A stretch of 64,000 nt of DNA from Candidatus Falkowbacteria bacterium (lineage in GTDB: Bacteria; Patescibacteriota; Patescibacteriia; CAIXNZ01). Each line of letters begins with the position of its first letter. Position 1 is the stretch's first letter. The stretch is taken from NCBI GenBank assembly GCA_963774955.1, contig CAVZGV010000004.1, positions 131,522 through 195,521 on the forward strand, in the 5' to 3' direction. The notes beneath the pieces were generated by a model that saw nothing but the letters and a program-made list of their open reading frames with translations, made no database searches and was not told the DNA's origin. This document shows, piece by piece, positions 48,170 through 58,736 of this stretch. The translations under genes were made by a program, and so were the position numbers.

Positions 48170-50245
48170 ATGACCCATAAACCTCAATTAAAATATCTAA
48201 CTTTACTCATTGTCTGTCTGTTGACGGCTGGTTTTGCTATACCTCAAAAAACAATGGCTCAACCAGACGATAATTTTCCTAAAATTGCCAATTATTACAT
48301 TGCCTGGGAGGTAAATGATAAAGACATTGAAGAACTTGCCAAATGGGATCTGGTAATTTTAAGTCCTCAGGCTTTAGCTGCCAATCCACAAGCGGTGACC
48401 AAGCTTAAACAAAGAAATTCCCAGATTAAAGTTCTGGTCTATGTTTTAATGCAGGAAATGTCCACTGATGCCAATATCTATAATTCCGTAGAATTTTACC
48501 GAAAAATTTACCAGGCAGTCAGCCAAAATAATTGGTGGCTAAAAACATCAGACGGCCAGAATTCATACTGGTGGCCGGGAACCAATTTAATCAATGCAAC
48601 CAGTGTCGCGCCAAAATCCAACGGCCAAAACTGGAGTGACTTCTTGGCCCCTTTAGTTAATGAACAATTTTTAAAAAATAATTTGGTTGACGGAGTCTTT
48701 TATGACAATTCCTGGTCTCAAATCTCCTGGGTAATCAAAGGCCGAAATTACAGTGGCTTTGATATTAATGTAGATGGCAATGCTGATTCAGAAAGTTACA
48801 TTGACCAAAAATGGCAGGAAGGCCTAAAAAACATTTTAAGCCGGACAAAAACTTTAGCGCCCGACAAATTAATCGTTATCAATACTAATGATAATTTTTA
48901 TAATTCTTTGGTCAACGGCCGCATGCGAGAAAGTTTCCCGGCCCCAAGCGAAGGGGACTGGACCAATAACATGCGCAATTATCTCAGTACTGATTTTGGC
49001 TACCAACCCGAACTATACATAATTAACGGCACAACAAATAACAGTGGCAATAATACTGACTACCAGACTTTTCGTTTTGGCCTGGCCTCAACTTTACTGG
49101 GCAATGGCTACTACAGTTTTGATTTTGGCGATCTGGGTCACAATTTCACCTGGTGGTACGACGAGTATAATGTTTTTCTGGGCAAAGCCATGACTGACAA
49201 AAAGAACCTGCTCAACCAAAATGCGACTACTATCCAGCCGAGTGTCTGGCAGCGTGATTTTCAAAACGGTGTAGTCTTGATTAATTCCACTGGCACGGAA
49301 CAAAAAGTTTCTTTTGCCTCAGAATATGAAAAAATCAAAGGGACTCAGGATACAGCCGTGAATAATGGTGCTATTGTAAAAAATGTAACCCTAGACTCGC
49401 AAGACGGCTTAATTTTATTGCGCCGAATTGAAGATGTTTTGAATAGTGTCTATGTTAACGGCTCTTATGTGCGTCCTTATAATAAACGAGGCGATGCGGT
49501 CAGAAACGGCTTTTTCGTTTATGATAAAAATTACAAAGGCAACCAATCGCTGGAGAAAAAAGATATCAATAAAGACGGACAAACGGAAATTATTGTTGCT
49601 GATAACAGTAAAATTACAATTTATGATTCTAATCAAAAGGTTATTACTTCTTTCTATCCTTACGGCGATAAGTATAATAAGGGCATAAACTTTAGCATCA
49701 ATGATTTTGAAAATGACGGCTATTTTGAAATAGTAACCGGCAGCGGCAGAGGCTTTGAACCCCTGGTCAAAGTTTTTAATTATCGGGGAGAAGCTCAGGG
49801 CGACGGATTTTATGCTTATGCCAAAGGTTATTTAGGCGGTGTTAATGTGGCTGTGGGAGATACTAACGGCAATGGTAAAAAAGAAATCGTGACCGGAGCC
49901 GGCTATATGGGCGGGCCTCAGGTCAGAATTTTTGATAAAAACGGCAAGGTGCTTTCCGGCGGCTTTTTTGCTTATAACGTAACCTTCCGCGGCGGTGTTA
50001 ACGTCGCCTGCGGAGACATTGATGGTAATGGCATTGATGAAATTGTAACCGGAGCCGGCTATGGCGGCAGTTCCCATGTGCGTATGTTTAACAGTAAATT
50101 TGAAGCCTTAAATCCTGGATTTTTCGCCTTTGGCAAAGACACCAGAACAGGCGTCCGCGTCTTTTTAGCAGATTTAGATAATGACGGCGCCAAGGAAATT
50201 TTGGCGGCATCCCCGGACGTGTTTACCACGGCATTCAATAAATAA
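48170..50245 (+). CDS. Secreted protein: an N-terminal putative glycoside-hydrolase-like domain plus C-terminal FG-GAP/VCBS beta-propeller repeats
   Basis: Signal peptide, then repeated D-x-[DN]-x-D-G-x-x-E-I-V-T-G-A-G..G-P-x-V-R-x-F modules (seven or more copies). Confidence 0.6.
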   Translation: MTHKPQLKYLTLLIVCLLTAGFAIPQKTMAQPDDNFPKIANYYIAWEVNDKDIEELAKWDLVILSPQALAANPQAVTKLKQRNSQIKVLVYVLMQEMSTDANIYNSVEFYRKIYQAVSQNNWWLKTSDGQNSYWWPGTNLINATSVAPKSNGQNWSDFLAPLVNEQFLKNNLVDGVFYDNSWSQISWVIKGRNYSGFDINVDGNADSESYIDQKWQEGLKNILSRTKTLAPDKLIVINTNDNFYNSLVNGRMRESFPAPSEGDWTNNMRNYLSTDFGYQPELYIINGTTNNSGNNTDYQTFRFGLASTLLGNGYYSFDFGDLGHNFTWWYDEYNVFLGKAMTDKKNLLNQNATTIQPSVWQRDFQNGVVLINSTGTEQKVSFASEYEKIKGTQDTAVNNGAIVKNVTLDSQDGLILLRRIEDVLNSVYVNGSYVRPYNKRGDAVRNGFFVYDKNYKGNQSLEKKDINKDGQTEIIVADNSKITIYDSNQKVITSFYPYGDKYNKGINFSINDFENDGYFEIVTGSGRGFEPLVKVFNYRGEAQGDGFYAYAKGYLGGVNVAVGDTNGNGKKEIVTGAGYMGGPQVRIFDKNGKVLSGGFFAYNVTFRGGVNVACGDIDGNGIDEIVTGAGYGGSSHVRMFNSKFEALNPGFFAFGKDTRTGVRVFLADLDNDGAKEILAASPDVFTTAFNK

Positions 50246-50340
50246 GGTATAATAGTGAGTGGGGCGGGAAAGAAGAGTAAGAGGAGTAAGAGGGTTAAGA
50301 AGGGAATTCCCTTCTTACTCTCCTTACCCTCCTTTCCCGT
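50245..50340. repeat. Purine-rich palindromic repeat, copy 3 (gagtaagaggagtaagagggttaagaagggaattcccttcttactctccttaccctcc)
   Basis: Same family. Perfect 24-bp core aagaagggaattcccttctt. Confidence 0.55.
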
Positions 50341-50366
50341 ATTACCCTCCAACTATAAATTCCAAT

Positions 50367-52244
50367 ATGCTAAATGAACCAAAGGACAGCCAAATAATCA
50401 AAGTTGAACCCAACCCGATTAAACCAACAAAATCCGGCCAACTCAAAACCGGCGGTCTTCGGATTGACAAAGTAGACACCTTAAACCTTGTCATTGAACC
50501 GCTAAAGAAAAGATATGACACTCATTATAAAAACGACAAAATTCACCTGGTAGTTGATCTGATCCTGGGCGCTATTGTTTTGATTTTGCTCGGCGTCATG
50601 GTTAATTTATGGTTTTTTAGCCGAGCCAGAGTAAATTTGATGGATTTTAAGGTCTCTGCCAATCCCGAATCCTTAACCAACGGGCAGGAAACAGAATTTA
50701 TCATTGATTATACAAATACCAGCAAAGACACCCTGTCTAATGTTACTTTGGTTTTCAAAATTCCCACCAGCTTAAAAGATCCTGAATATTCTCTGGAAGA
50801 TTTTGAGACTAAAACCAATACGTTAAGGCTAGGGGATTTGGAAACAAAAGCCGGTGGTGAATTTAAAGTCAAAGGTTTATTGCTGGGCAATTACGGCGAC
50901 AATCAGGAATTTATCGCTGCTATAACTTATCAGGACAAATACGGTCTTAAACAACAGGAATTTTTCAGTGATAAATTTAAGTTTACTGATTCAGTCATAA
51001 AAACCGAAGTTCAACTCCCGGCCAAAATTATTGCCAACAGCAGATTTTCCTTACAGACAAAATTACATAATACTTCCAATTTTGACTTGAATAAAATTAA
51101 AATTAAAATGACCTGGCCGGAAAACTTCACCCTGATTGAGACTGAATTGGATAAAGTCAGCGCTAATACCTGGTCGGTCGGCGAACTTAAAGCCAATGAA
51201 CAGCAAGAACCTAGTTTTACCGGAAAAATTTACGGTAAAGATGTGGAAGAATTAAATTTCCAGACCGAAGTTCTGGCCACTTATGACGGCGAAGAATATA
51301 TCCTGGCGCAAATTAAAAATTCCGCCACTTTAGGCTTTTCTAATCTGCAATTAAATTTTACCAATTTAGAAAATAACCATAATATTGCTCCGGGCGGAAA
51401 AACAACTTATACTTTAGCCTACAAAAATAATGAAACCTATGCTTTAAAAAATATTGAAATTGGCTTAATTATATCTGGCGATTATGCCAATACCGCCTTT
51501 TTTGCCGATCAATACAAAAAGCGAGCCAAAGGCAATACTGTCATCTTTAACCAAAATGATTATCCCGAGCTTGCCAAACTGGAACCGGGGCAAGAAGGCA
51601 CGATTGAAGTCCAGGCTGCTGCCAAAAACTCAATCAGCTTTGGCGCGATTCAGGAAAATGGCTATCGACTTCAAGCCAATGTTTTAGCCAGTTATGATGA
51701 CCCGAATTTAAGCACCAGAATTTCCCTGGAAAGTGAACCGACTTATACAACCGTAAATTCCCAATTGAGTTTGAAGACTACAGCTTTATTTTATACCAGC
51801 CAGGGCGACCAAATCGGTGTCGGTTCAGTGCCACCGGTCGTAGGCGAATATACGTCATACTGGATAATTATCAAAGTAAACAATACCAATAATAAAATCA
51901 AAGACCTGAAAGTAACAGCCAAAGTTCCGGCCGAAATTGAATATACTAACATTTATAATGTGACTGACGGCGATAAGCTCAGTTTCAATGAAACAACAAG
52001 ACAAATTGAATGGCATGTAGCCAATGTCAATGCGCTAGCCGGTATTTTAAATCCAAGCCCCGAAGCCAGAATTCAATTGGCTATTATTCCAACGCCAGAC
52101 CAAGTCGGCAAAAGTCCGCTCCTGATGTCTAATATATCTGCCACGGCAACTGATACGCTAACCCATTCTTTCTTATCCGCCAGCGGCCAAAATGTAAACA
52201 CTGCTATTTTCAGCGACCAAAGTTTAAACAAGATAATTCCATAA
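50367..52244 (+). CDS. Large membrane-anchored surface protein with repeated beta domains (start trimmed past the upstream palindromic repeat)
   Basis: N-terminal TM (LVVDLILGAIVLILLGVMVNLWFF), then ~550 aa of Thr/Asn-rich beta-type sequence. Confidence 0.5.
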   Translation: MLNEPKDSQIIKVEPNPIKPTKSGQLKTGGLRIDKVDTLNLVIEPLKKRYDTHYKNDKIHLVVDLILGAIVLILLGVMVNLWFFSRARVNLMDFKVSANPESLTNGQETEFIIDYTNTSKDTLSNVTLVFKIPTSLKDPEYSLEDFETKTNTLRLGDLETKAGGEFKVKGLLLGNYGDNQEFIAAITYQDKYGLKQQEFFSDKFKFTDSVIKTEVQLPAKIIANSRFSLQTKLHNTSNFDLNKIKIKMTWPENFTLIETELDKVSANTWSVGELKANEQQEPSFTGKIYGKDVEELNFQTEVLATYDGEEYILAQIKNSATLGFSNLQLNFTNLENNHNIAPGGKTTYTLAYKNNETYALKNIEIGLIISGDYANTAFFADQYKKRAKGNTVIFNQNDYPELAKLEPGQEGTIEVQAAAKNSISFGAIQENGYRLQANVLASYDDPNLSTRISLESEPTYTTVNSQLSLKTTALFYTSQGDQIGVGSVPPVVGEYTSYWIIIKVNNTNNKIKDLKVTAKVPAEIEYTNIYNVTDGDKLSFNETTRQIEWHVANVNALAGILNPSPEARIQLAIIPTPDQVGKSPLLMSNISATATDTLTHSFLSASGQNVNTAIFSDQSLNKIIP

Positions 52245-52261
52245 CCAAAAAGGAGGAAGCT

Positions 52262-52528
52262 GTGTACAAAAAGCCCAAAGAATTTCGGACCTTAGTATTT
52301 GTCGGCGTAATGACCGGCGTCTTAGGCCTGATCTTTGCCACACCGTTTGGCTTTGTCTGGGGACTTGTAATCTTCGTTGCCCTAGGAATCATTGAAGCGT
52401 TAACAAGTCTCCAAATCAACATCCTGCTCTGGTCCTTACTCTGGTATTTACTGACAGTGGAGCTTTTCTGGGTTATCATACTCAAGAAAGCACCCCAAAG
52501 GTACCAATTACAAACAATATCAGAATAA
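52262..52528 (+). CDS. Small membrane protein (GTG start; RBS AAAAGGAGGAAG)
   Basis: 88 aa with two or three TM segments, immediately after the surface-protein gene. Confidence 0.4.
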   Translation: MYKKPKEFRTLVFVGVMTGVLGLIFATPFGFVWGLVIFVALGIIEALTSLQINILLWSLLWYLLTVELFWVIILKKAPQRYQLQTISE

Positions 52529-52604
52529 ATTATTCCGCCGAGGCCTGCACTGAGTTTATCGAAGTGCCAATGGCCCCGGCGGATTTTAATTTAACCTAAG
52601 AACC

Positions 52605-52667
52605 TTGACAAACTACCCGTATTTTGCTATATTTAATTATCGATGAACTGCGGTGCAGTTATCGATA
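52605..52667 (+). promoter_or_regulatory. Promoter (TTGACA-17-TATATT with TGc extension) followed by a 30-bp near-perfect palindrome tatcgatgaactgcggtgcagttatcgata (candidate operator)
   Basis: A terminator (tccgccgaggcc...ggccccggcgga plus T-run) at ~52533-52590 precedes it. Confidence 0.5.
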
Positions 52668-52708
52668 AAAACCAAATCTGGCGGTGCCAGAAACAAGGAG
52701 GAAGGAAA

Positions 52709-53098
52709 ATGATTATTAAGATGGACGGGGTAACGGCAGCGCAGCTGCATAAGCTGCAAAAATTTATCGACGGCGACGACAACTTGTTTGTTCTTGATTC
52801 AAAATCAGCCCAAGTCAAAAAAGGCAAAGACCTCAAAGAAGAGGACCTCCAGGGAAAAGAACATTTTGTTTGGTATCATCCGGTCAAATTGCTTAAAGCT
52901 GAAGGGAAAACAGATGGGCGAAAGGGTAATAAAATTAACTACATGGAAACAAGCTTTAACATTGCCCTTGAAATCAACGAAAGAATTGGCATTGAAGCCA
53001 CCCCTCGCGTAATCGTTGATCAGGTATGGCAAGCTCTGGATCGTTTCCCTGTAGAAGAAAGGGCCCTTAGCTTCCGCGAAGTATCAATGGGAGGATAG
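52709..53098 (+). CDS. Hypothetical protein (start trimmed to ATG 52709 after RBS AAGGAGGAAGG)
   Basis: 129 aa. Its stop overlaps the next start (TAGTAATG). Confidence 0.45.
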   Translation: MIIKMDGVTAAQLHKLQKFIDGDDNLFVLDSKSAQVKKGKDLKEEDLQGKEHFVWYHPVKLLKAEGKTDGRKGNKINYMETSFNIALEINERIGIEATPRVIVDQVWQALDRFPVEERALSFREVSMGG

Positions 53099-53100
53099 TA

Positions 53101-53442
53101 ATGACCAAGTCTGATTGGGAAAAGGAACAGTATTTTCAAATGATGCTTGTCAACCTGAGGGACGACTTCATCCTGGGCCGCCGTACGCAGATTGATGCGG
53201 ATGCCAAGGCCCTGCAGGAAGCCTGGCAAGACCTGACTGACAAACAGAAAAAGTCTGCCCAGCCACAGGCGCTGAAGATGATCAAACTCTTCAGCGACAA
53301 CCTGCATTCGGTCGGCGGCAATAAATTTCTGGAAGAATACCGCAAGGCTTTCCATGAAGAGCAGAATCTTCCCGAGCCTCAGCAATTTAACGCCTTGCGC
53401 ATTTTCAAGGAAATGCTGGCCGAGCTCGAGGGCATGGAATAA
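53101..53442 (+). CDS. Hypothetical protein
   Basis: 113 aa. A long-stem terminator follows at ~53468-53525. Confidence 0.45.
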   Translation: MTKSDWEKEQYFQMMLVNLRDDFILGRRTQIDADAKALQEAWQDLTDKQKKSAQPQALKMIKLFSDNLHSVGGNKFLEEYRKAFHEEQNLPEPQQFNALRIFKEMLAELEGME

Positions 53443-53742
53443 ACCACAAAAACACAACTTACTTCATCCGCCGAGCCCAGAACCATGCGCAAGCTTAGGT
53501 TCTAGGCGAGGCGGATTTTTATTTAAAAAATTCCTCTTTAAACTTAATACGCTGAACGTCTTTCTATGGATGGGGGTTTGAGGGTGACAACTGAGCGTCG
53601 TTTTAGCTGCTTATACGTTTTATTTGCACAAGCGAATTTGTCACCCCCAAAACTTTTTTGCTTACTTTTTTAGTTATAAAAAAGTAAGAAGCCAGCAGAA
53701 AACAAAAACCCTCCAGATTACTGGGTGGGGTTTTATATTTAC

Positions 53743-54519
53743 TTATTTTTTAATTATTCCTAAAATAAAATTATTTTTTTTCGGAATCAGTCTGGCCAGC
53801 CAGCGGAAAATTCCCAGACTGAAAACATTGTGCTGATTAAAATAAAATATTTCCAAACCCTTATCTTCAAAATACTTTTTCAAGCCTGCCAAATCAAAAT
53901 CGTGATAAACATGATAATCAGAATAACCGTGGTCCAGTGTTGTTATCACTTCTTTAACCTTGCCCGGTAAAAATAAATTTACAAATATACGAGAATCCAG
54001 CCAAGTCAAAATTTCCAGCAACTTTGATTTTTGACCGGTTGGTTCATGAAAAATTAGTAAAGCCCCTCCAGAATTAAGTTTGGCCATTATTTTATCCACG
54101 GTCACGAAATAGTCTGGCAGATGATGCAGAACTGAACTGATGGTAATTAGATCAAATCCCTGAGTCTGCATATCTAAAAAAGAATCAATGTCCTCATTAA
54201 CTATTTTGACCTTGGGATGTGATTCTAATTTAAACTGCAATTGTTCCAGCATTTCCTTGGACAAATCAACCGCAATGATGGAACTGACAGTTTTGTCTGC
54301 CAATAACTTTAAAGAGATATTACCGGTGCCGGCTCCGATATCCAAGGCCGAAATATTTGGTTTAGCAATAACCTCAATTGCCTGGACCAAGACATTGATA
54401 ATCAAACTCTGTTCTTCAGGGTTAAAAATCTCCCGATGAATCAAATCATAATACCGGGCTTCTTTCTGGTGAAGCTCCAAATTGGCGGTGATAATTTTTT
54501 GGCTTAAATCCTGGTCCAT
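53743..54519 (-). CDS. Class I SAM-dependent methyltransferase
   Basis: ALDIGAGTGNISLKLL motif I, then DLITISSVLHHL and LNSGGALLIFHEP blocks. Confidence 0.7.
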   Translation of the reverse strand: MDQDLSQKIITANLELHQKEARYYDLIHREIFNPEEQSLIINVLVQAIEVIAKPNISALDIGAGTGNISLKLLADKTVSSIIAVDLSKEMLEQLQFKLESHPKVKIVNEDIDSFLDMQTQGFDLITISSVLHHLPDYFVTVDKIMAKLNSGGALLIFHEPTGQKSKLLEILTWLDSRIFVNLFLPGKVKEVITTLDHGYSDYHVYHDFDLAGLKKYFEDKGLEIFYFNQHNVFSLGIFRWLARLIPKKNNFILGIIKK

Positions 54520-54905
54520 ATTGTTATTACTATTATAAAGTATTTACTTAAAGTTGGCGAATTCCATCTTGACGAACACCACCTTTTACGGTACTATTTC
54601 AATATTCGTTCCGCGTAGCGGAATGCCGCTCCGCGGCATATATTCGTAGCAAATTAGTAGATTAGTATCCTTATGAAAAATTACTCCCAAAAAACCCACA
54701 AACAGCAGACCCGTTATTGTACCTCCAGTACTTTTCGGGGCAATGTTAAATTTAGCACTCAAATTATAAATCATAATTCGTCAAACAGTAGAGGTAAGCG
54801 TTTCGATAAGCGTTTTGCGTCTAACGTAACGCCAAACGAAACCGAAAAACGCTAAACGATAGTCTAAGACCAAAATCTATAATCTAAAACACTAAAATCT
54901 ATTTT

Positions 54906-56228
54906 ATGAACTACAAGTACGACCTAAAAAAACTGCCTAAATCACAACTAGAAATCACCGTCACTATTTTGGCTGATGATTTAAAGCCTTTTGTTGAAAA
55001 AGCAGTTGAAGTGTTATCACAGCAAAGTAAAATCGAAGGCTTTCGTCCGGGTAAAGTGCCTTATGATATTCTCAAGCAAAGAATCGGCGAAATGAAAATC
55101 TATGAGGAAGCTGCAGCCATGGCCGTAGAAAAATCATATATCGAAATCGGCCTGAAAGAAAAATTTGAGCCCCTGGGTTCACCAAAGGTTGATTTTGAAA
55201 AACTGGCACCGGGCAATGATTTTACCTACAAAGCCACGGTTGATTTGATTCCAGAAGTTAAAATCGGTGACTATAAATCAATTAAAGTTAAAGAAAAAGA
55301 AGTTAAAATCACTGAAGCGGAAGTCAATAAAACTATTACAGAATTGCAGGAAATGCGGGTAACTGAAGTTTTAGAAAGCAAAACTATTGCCAAGGGGGAC
55401 AAAGTTGAAGTAGACTTTGAAGTCAGCCGCGACAATGTGGTCATTGACGGCGGGACCCAAAAAAAATACCCGTTGGTTGTCGGGACTAACGTCTTTATTC
55501 CGGGCTTTGAAGATAATTTAATCGGATTAAAGGCGGAGGAAGGCAAAGAATTCGAGCTGACCTTTCCGGAAAAATATCATAATAAAAATCTGGCCGGCAA
55601 GCCAGCTAAATTTAAAGTCAAAGTCTTGGCCGTATACAAAAGAACCTTGCCTGAAGCCAATGATGAATTTAGCGTTTCGCTGGGACAAAAAACTCTGGCT
55701 GAACTTAAAGACTCAATAAAACATAATCTGGAACACGAAGCTCATCACAAAGAAGAGGAAAGAATTGACATTGAACTATTGGAAAAAATAATTGACAAAT
55801 CCCAATTTGGAGAAATTCCTGATGTTTTAATCACGGCTGAAACTAATAAAATGATGCAGGAGATTGAAAATAATATCATGCAGCAGGGCTTAAAATTTGA
55901 AGACTACCTGGTTCACTTAAATAAAAGCCGAGACCAGATGAAACTTGATTTTGTACCCCAGGCGATTAAAAGAATCAAAGGCGCTTTATTAACCAGAGCA
56001 ATTTTCTTCCAGGAAAAAATGGAGGTGGCTGAAAGTGACATTGACCGCGAACTGGAAGCCATGGGTCGCGCTTATGCCCAGCACCCGGAGATGCAGCAAA
56101 ACTTAAAAAATCCCGAGTACCGCGAATACATGAGAAACATGATTGCCAACCTTAAAGTTATGGAGTACCTGAAAACCATCTGTGTGGAATACAGCGATGA
56201 AAATAAAAAAATTGAACATAAACACTAG
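54906..56228 (+). CDS. tig: Trigger factor
   Basis: N-terminal ribosome-binding domain (KSQLEITVTI...GFRPGKVP), central PPIase-like and C-terminal domains. 440 aa. Confidence 0.9.
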   Translation: MNYKYDLKKLPKSQLEITVTILADDLKPFVEKAVEVLSQQSKIEGFRPGKVPYDILKQRIGEMKIYEEAAAMAVEKSYIEIGLKEKFEPLGSPKVDFEKLAPGNDFTYKATVDLIPEVKIGDYKSIKVKEKEVKITEAEVNKTITELQEMRVTEVLESKTIAKGDKVEVDFEVSRDNVVIDGGTQKKYPLVVGTNVFIPGFEDNLIGLKAEEGKEFELTFPEKYHNKNLAGKPAKFKVKVLAVYKRTLPEANDEFSVSLGQKTLAELKDSIKHNLEHEAHHKEEERIDIELLEKIIDKSQFGEIPDVLITAETNKMMQEIENNIMQQGLKFEDYLVHLNKSRDQMKLDFVPQAIKRIKGALLTRAIFFQEKMEVAESDIDRELEAMGRAYAQHPEMQQNLKNPEYREYMRNMIANLKVMEYLKTICVEYSDENKKIEHKH

Positions 56229-56470
56229 GATTTCCAAAAAAGGACGCGAAAACAATATCGCGTCCTTTTTTTATTTGGTAAAAAGTGAATAGGTGAAGAG
56301 AGAAGAGGTTAGTATAGTGAATGGTGCAACGTGTACAGTTGATTAAACTTAGCACCTTTCACTTTATACTAAACCAACATCTTAACCAAAAAACTTTTCA
56401 CTCTAAACCCATTGACAAAAAAACCAAAAAATGCTATGATGAAATTATCTTTTTATACTGTTTTTTTACA
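56229..56470. repeat. Conserved intergenic module, copy 1: terminator ggacgcg..cgcgtcc plus T-run, then a ~120-bp block with terminal inverted repeats (agtgaaWag ... acttttcact), then a promoter (TTGACA...TGCTATGAT)
   Basis: ~80 % identical to 57312-57545. A partial copy lies at 16515-16600. Confidence 0.6.
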
Positions 56471-56528
56471 TAAATAATATAAAAAACGCCTAAATTCAAA
56501 GGCCAATTACCAAAAATGGAGGAAAAAA

Positions 56529-57311
56529 ATGAAAAAGCTTCTATGTGCAGTTCTCATGGCGACTTTCTGCCTGTTCGGCTGTGATGGACAGCCAGATCCC
56601 AGAGTCCATTGTGACGCGAGGACACCAGAATGCGGATATGATCCTCCTCCGTTACCCTGTGATGCTGGGGTCGGAATTGAAAGTTGTTCCCAAAATACCC
56701 AAACTCAGAACGTCTTCCTGACTTCATTGCCGAATTTTGACGGCCAACTTTCCTGGGGTTATCCGGACCTGACCTCTGTTAGTCTGGACAAGCCAATCAC
56801 CAGGGCATCTTATTTACGGGGTGGCGGTAAAAGAGGCTTTTTCACCTTTGATATCAGCAATATTGACTGGGGAAAAGTTGGAAGTGCCGACTTGATTCTC
56901 TTCAAAGAAAATTCTTCACTTGACGAAGAAAATTCAAACTACGTCGTCACAATCTGGGAAACGTCTGACTCTGATTATGCAAACCTGAGGGACTGCGCCT
57001 GTGGTCAAATCAGCATGTCGCCGCCGACTTTTGGCTGCATTCCTGAAGGATGCGGCTATCCAATCGAGGCACCTGGTGATCCTCTGCTATCGTACAACGA
57101 ATTGGCCACCTTCACCCTGGAAGAATATTCACCGGCTCTGGGCATTAATAGCCAGGAGGTTCTCCAGGTGCTGAAAGACAATTTCCAGGGAAAATCTTAT
57201 TTGACCATGGAAATCGGCTTTCAATGTTCTTACAATTGCCTTGAAGGCTCGGTCACGATCAGCGATGGAAACGCCCTCAACCCGCCCACTCTGATAATTT
57301 CACCAAAATAA
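56529..57311 (+). CDS. Putative lipoprotein (lipobox LFGC), elevated GC
   Basis: MKKLLCAVLMATFCLFGCDGQ...; Cys-rich. Confidence 0.5.
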   Translation: MKKLLCAVLMATFCLFGCDGQPDPRVHCDARTPECGYDPPPLPCDAGVGIESCSQNTQTQNVFLTSLPNFDGQLSWGYPDLTSVSLDKPITRASYLRGGGKRGFFTFDISNIDWGKVGSADLILFKENSSLDEENSNYVVTIWETSDSDYANLRDCACGQISMSPPTFGCIPEGCGYPIEAPGDPLLSYNELATFTLEEYSPALGINSQEVLQVLKDNFQGKSYLTMEIGFQCSYNCLEGSVTISDGNALNPPTLIISPK

Positions 57312-57545
57312 CCGGGCAAACTTAACTTCAAGCGGACGCGGAAACAACACCGCGTCCTTTTTTTATTAGTGAAAAGTTAATAGATGAAAAGGTTAGTATA
57401 GTGACTGGTGCAACGTGAATAGTTGATTAAACTTATCACCTTTCAATTGACACCAGCCGACGTCTTAACCCTAACACTTTTCACTAACAAACTATTGACA
57501 AAACATTAAGAATGTGCTATACTTTAAGCATCCCTGAAAATTGAC
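57312..57545. repeat. Conserved intergenic module, copy 2 (terminator, then ~120-bp block, then promoter TTGACA...TGCTATACT)
   Basis: See 56229-56470. Confidence 0.6.
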
Positions 57546-57626
57546 AAAAATAGCTAACATTGCTATCAAAATATAGTCGGATTTAGGAAAAAACAAGGAA
57601 TTATATCCAAAAAGAAGGAGACTTAG

Positions 57627-58493
57627 ATGAAAAAACTGATTTTTGCGGTCTTGGTTGCGATTTTCTGCCTTAGCCATGTCGCCTGCCAGCAGGTCGAAGG
57701 GGACGAAAACTACGTTTACATCAACAACAACGACTGCGGCTGCGACGGAGACACCACTGTGGTCGGACCCAGCGGGGTCAACATCTTCCTGCAAACCTCC
57801 ATTGCCGTTGGGCAGTGGAACAACCTGAACATCGACATGGTGGTCGACGGTGTCATGTACGACGTCGTGGACGACTACACGGTTATGGACCAGGCCATTT
57901 ACACCTACGAGTTGAATCCCGCTGATTATCATCTTGAAATCTGGGGCTTCAACTACAACGCCTCGGCCGACTTCACTGTCTGCGAAGGACAGATGACCGA
58001 CGTCTCGGTAGAGATGAACGAATGGCCGGTTCCGACCTTTTATCTGCTTCGGTCGCCAAATTCTCCCAGCGGTCTGATTGTTCCGGGCGTGCATCAAAAA
58101 ATCTATGAGATCAAAATCATGCATGACTGGAATCAGCCGCTGACCCCGACTCATCTCGGATTCTACGGCAATGTAGCGTACAACGGCAGCGGAACCGCTT
58201 CGATCGACAACTGCGAACTGACCATCCTTACTCTGGCCGGCTGGAATACCATTGGCGGACCGGTTAGCGGAACGCCTGTATACACCGGCAAAATTTTCGA
58301 ATACACGGCTCCGGGCAGCCTGGACGACACCTTACCGGTTTACCCCGGAAGCGTAAACACCTACGCTCTGTTCTGTGACGTCTACGGTCAAAGCAATGAC
58401 GTCATCAGCATCGGTATGTACAGCTTCGGAGCCTACTCCGATGTCGGTTACCTGATCGGCAATTGGCCAGACATCAGCGGGCTCACCTTCTAA
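57627..58493 (+). CDS. Putative lipoprotein in a GC-rich (~58 %) segment
   Basis: MKKLIFAVLVAIFCLSHVAC... signal and lipobox. A terminator ggacgcg..cgcgtcc plus T-run follows. Confidence 0.5.
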   Translation: MKKLIFAVLVAIFCLSHVACQQVEGDENYVYINNNDCGCDGDTTVVGPSGVNIFLQTSIAVGQWNNLNIDMVVDGVMYDVVDDYTVMDQAIYTYELNPADYHLEIWGFNYNASADFTVCEGQMTDVSVEMNEWPVPTFYLLRSPNSPSGLIVPGVHQKIYEIKIMHDWNQPLTPTHLGFYGNVAYNGSGTASIDNCELTILTLAGWNTIGGPVSGTPVYTGKIFEYTAPGSLDDTLPVYPGSVNTYALFCDVYGQSNDVISIGMYSFGAYSDVGYLIGNWPDISGLTF

Positions 58494-58736
58494 ACCTTCA
58501 ACTTTGTCCTTTAGGGGACGCGGAAACAACACCGCGTCCTTTTTTATTTTGGTAGGACGTTAGGCGGATAAAGGTAACGAAGCCCGTATCGTGAGGCGTC
58601 TAACGGTTACGTATTCTTTATGACGAAAAACTTTAGACTTTTAATGATTCGAACCTCGTAACCCTTTTACGATCAACGCTTTACAAAAAAAAGAAGGCGG
58701 ATTTCTCCGTCTTCTAAAATGTAATATGTTACTGCC

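Noticed and set aside
50259-50366. N-terminal extension of the large surface-protein ORF
   Set aside because: It translates the palindromic repeat 50245-50340. The start was trimmed to ATG 50367.
54586-54860. ACG/CGTT-rich low-complexity stretch upstream of tig with small ORFs on both strands
   Set aside because: No RBS and repetitive triplets; more likely a promoter/UP region or spacer. A similar short motif (cgtctaacg) recurs at 58600, but there is too little to call an element.
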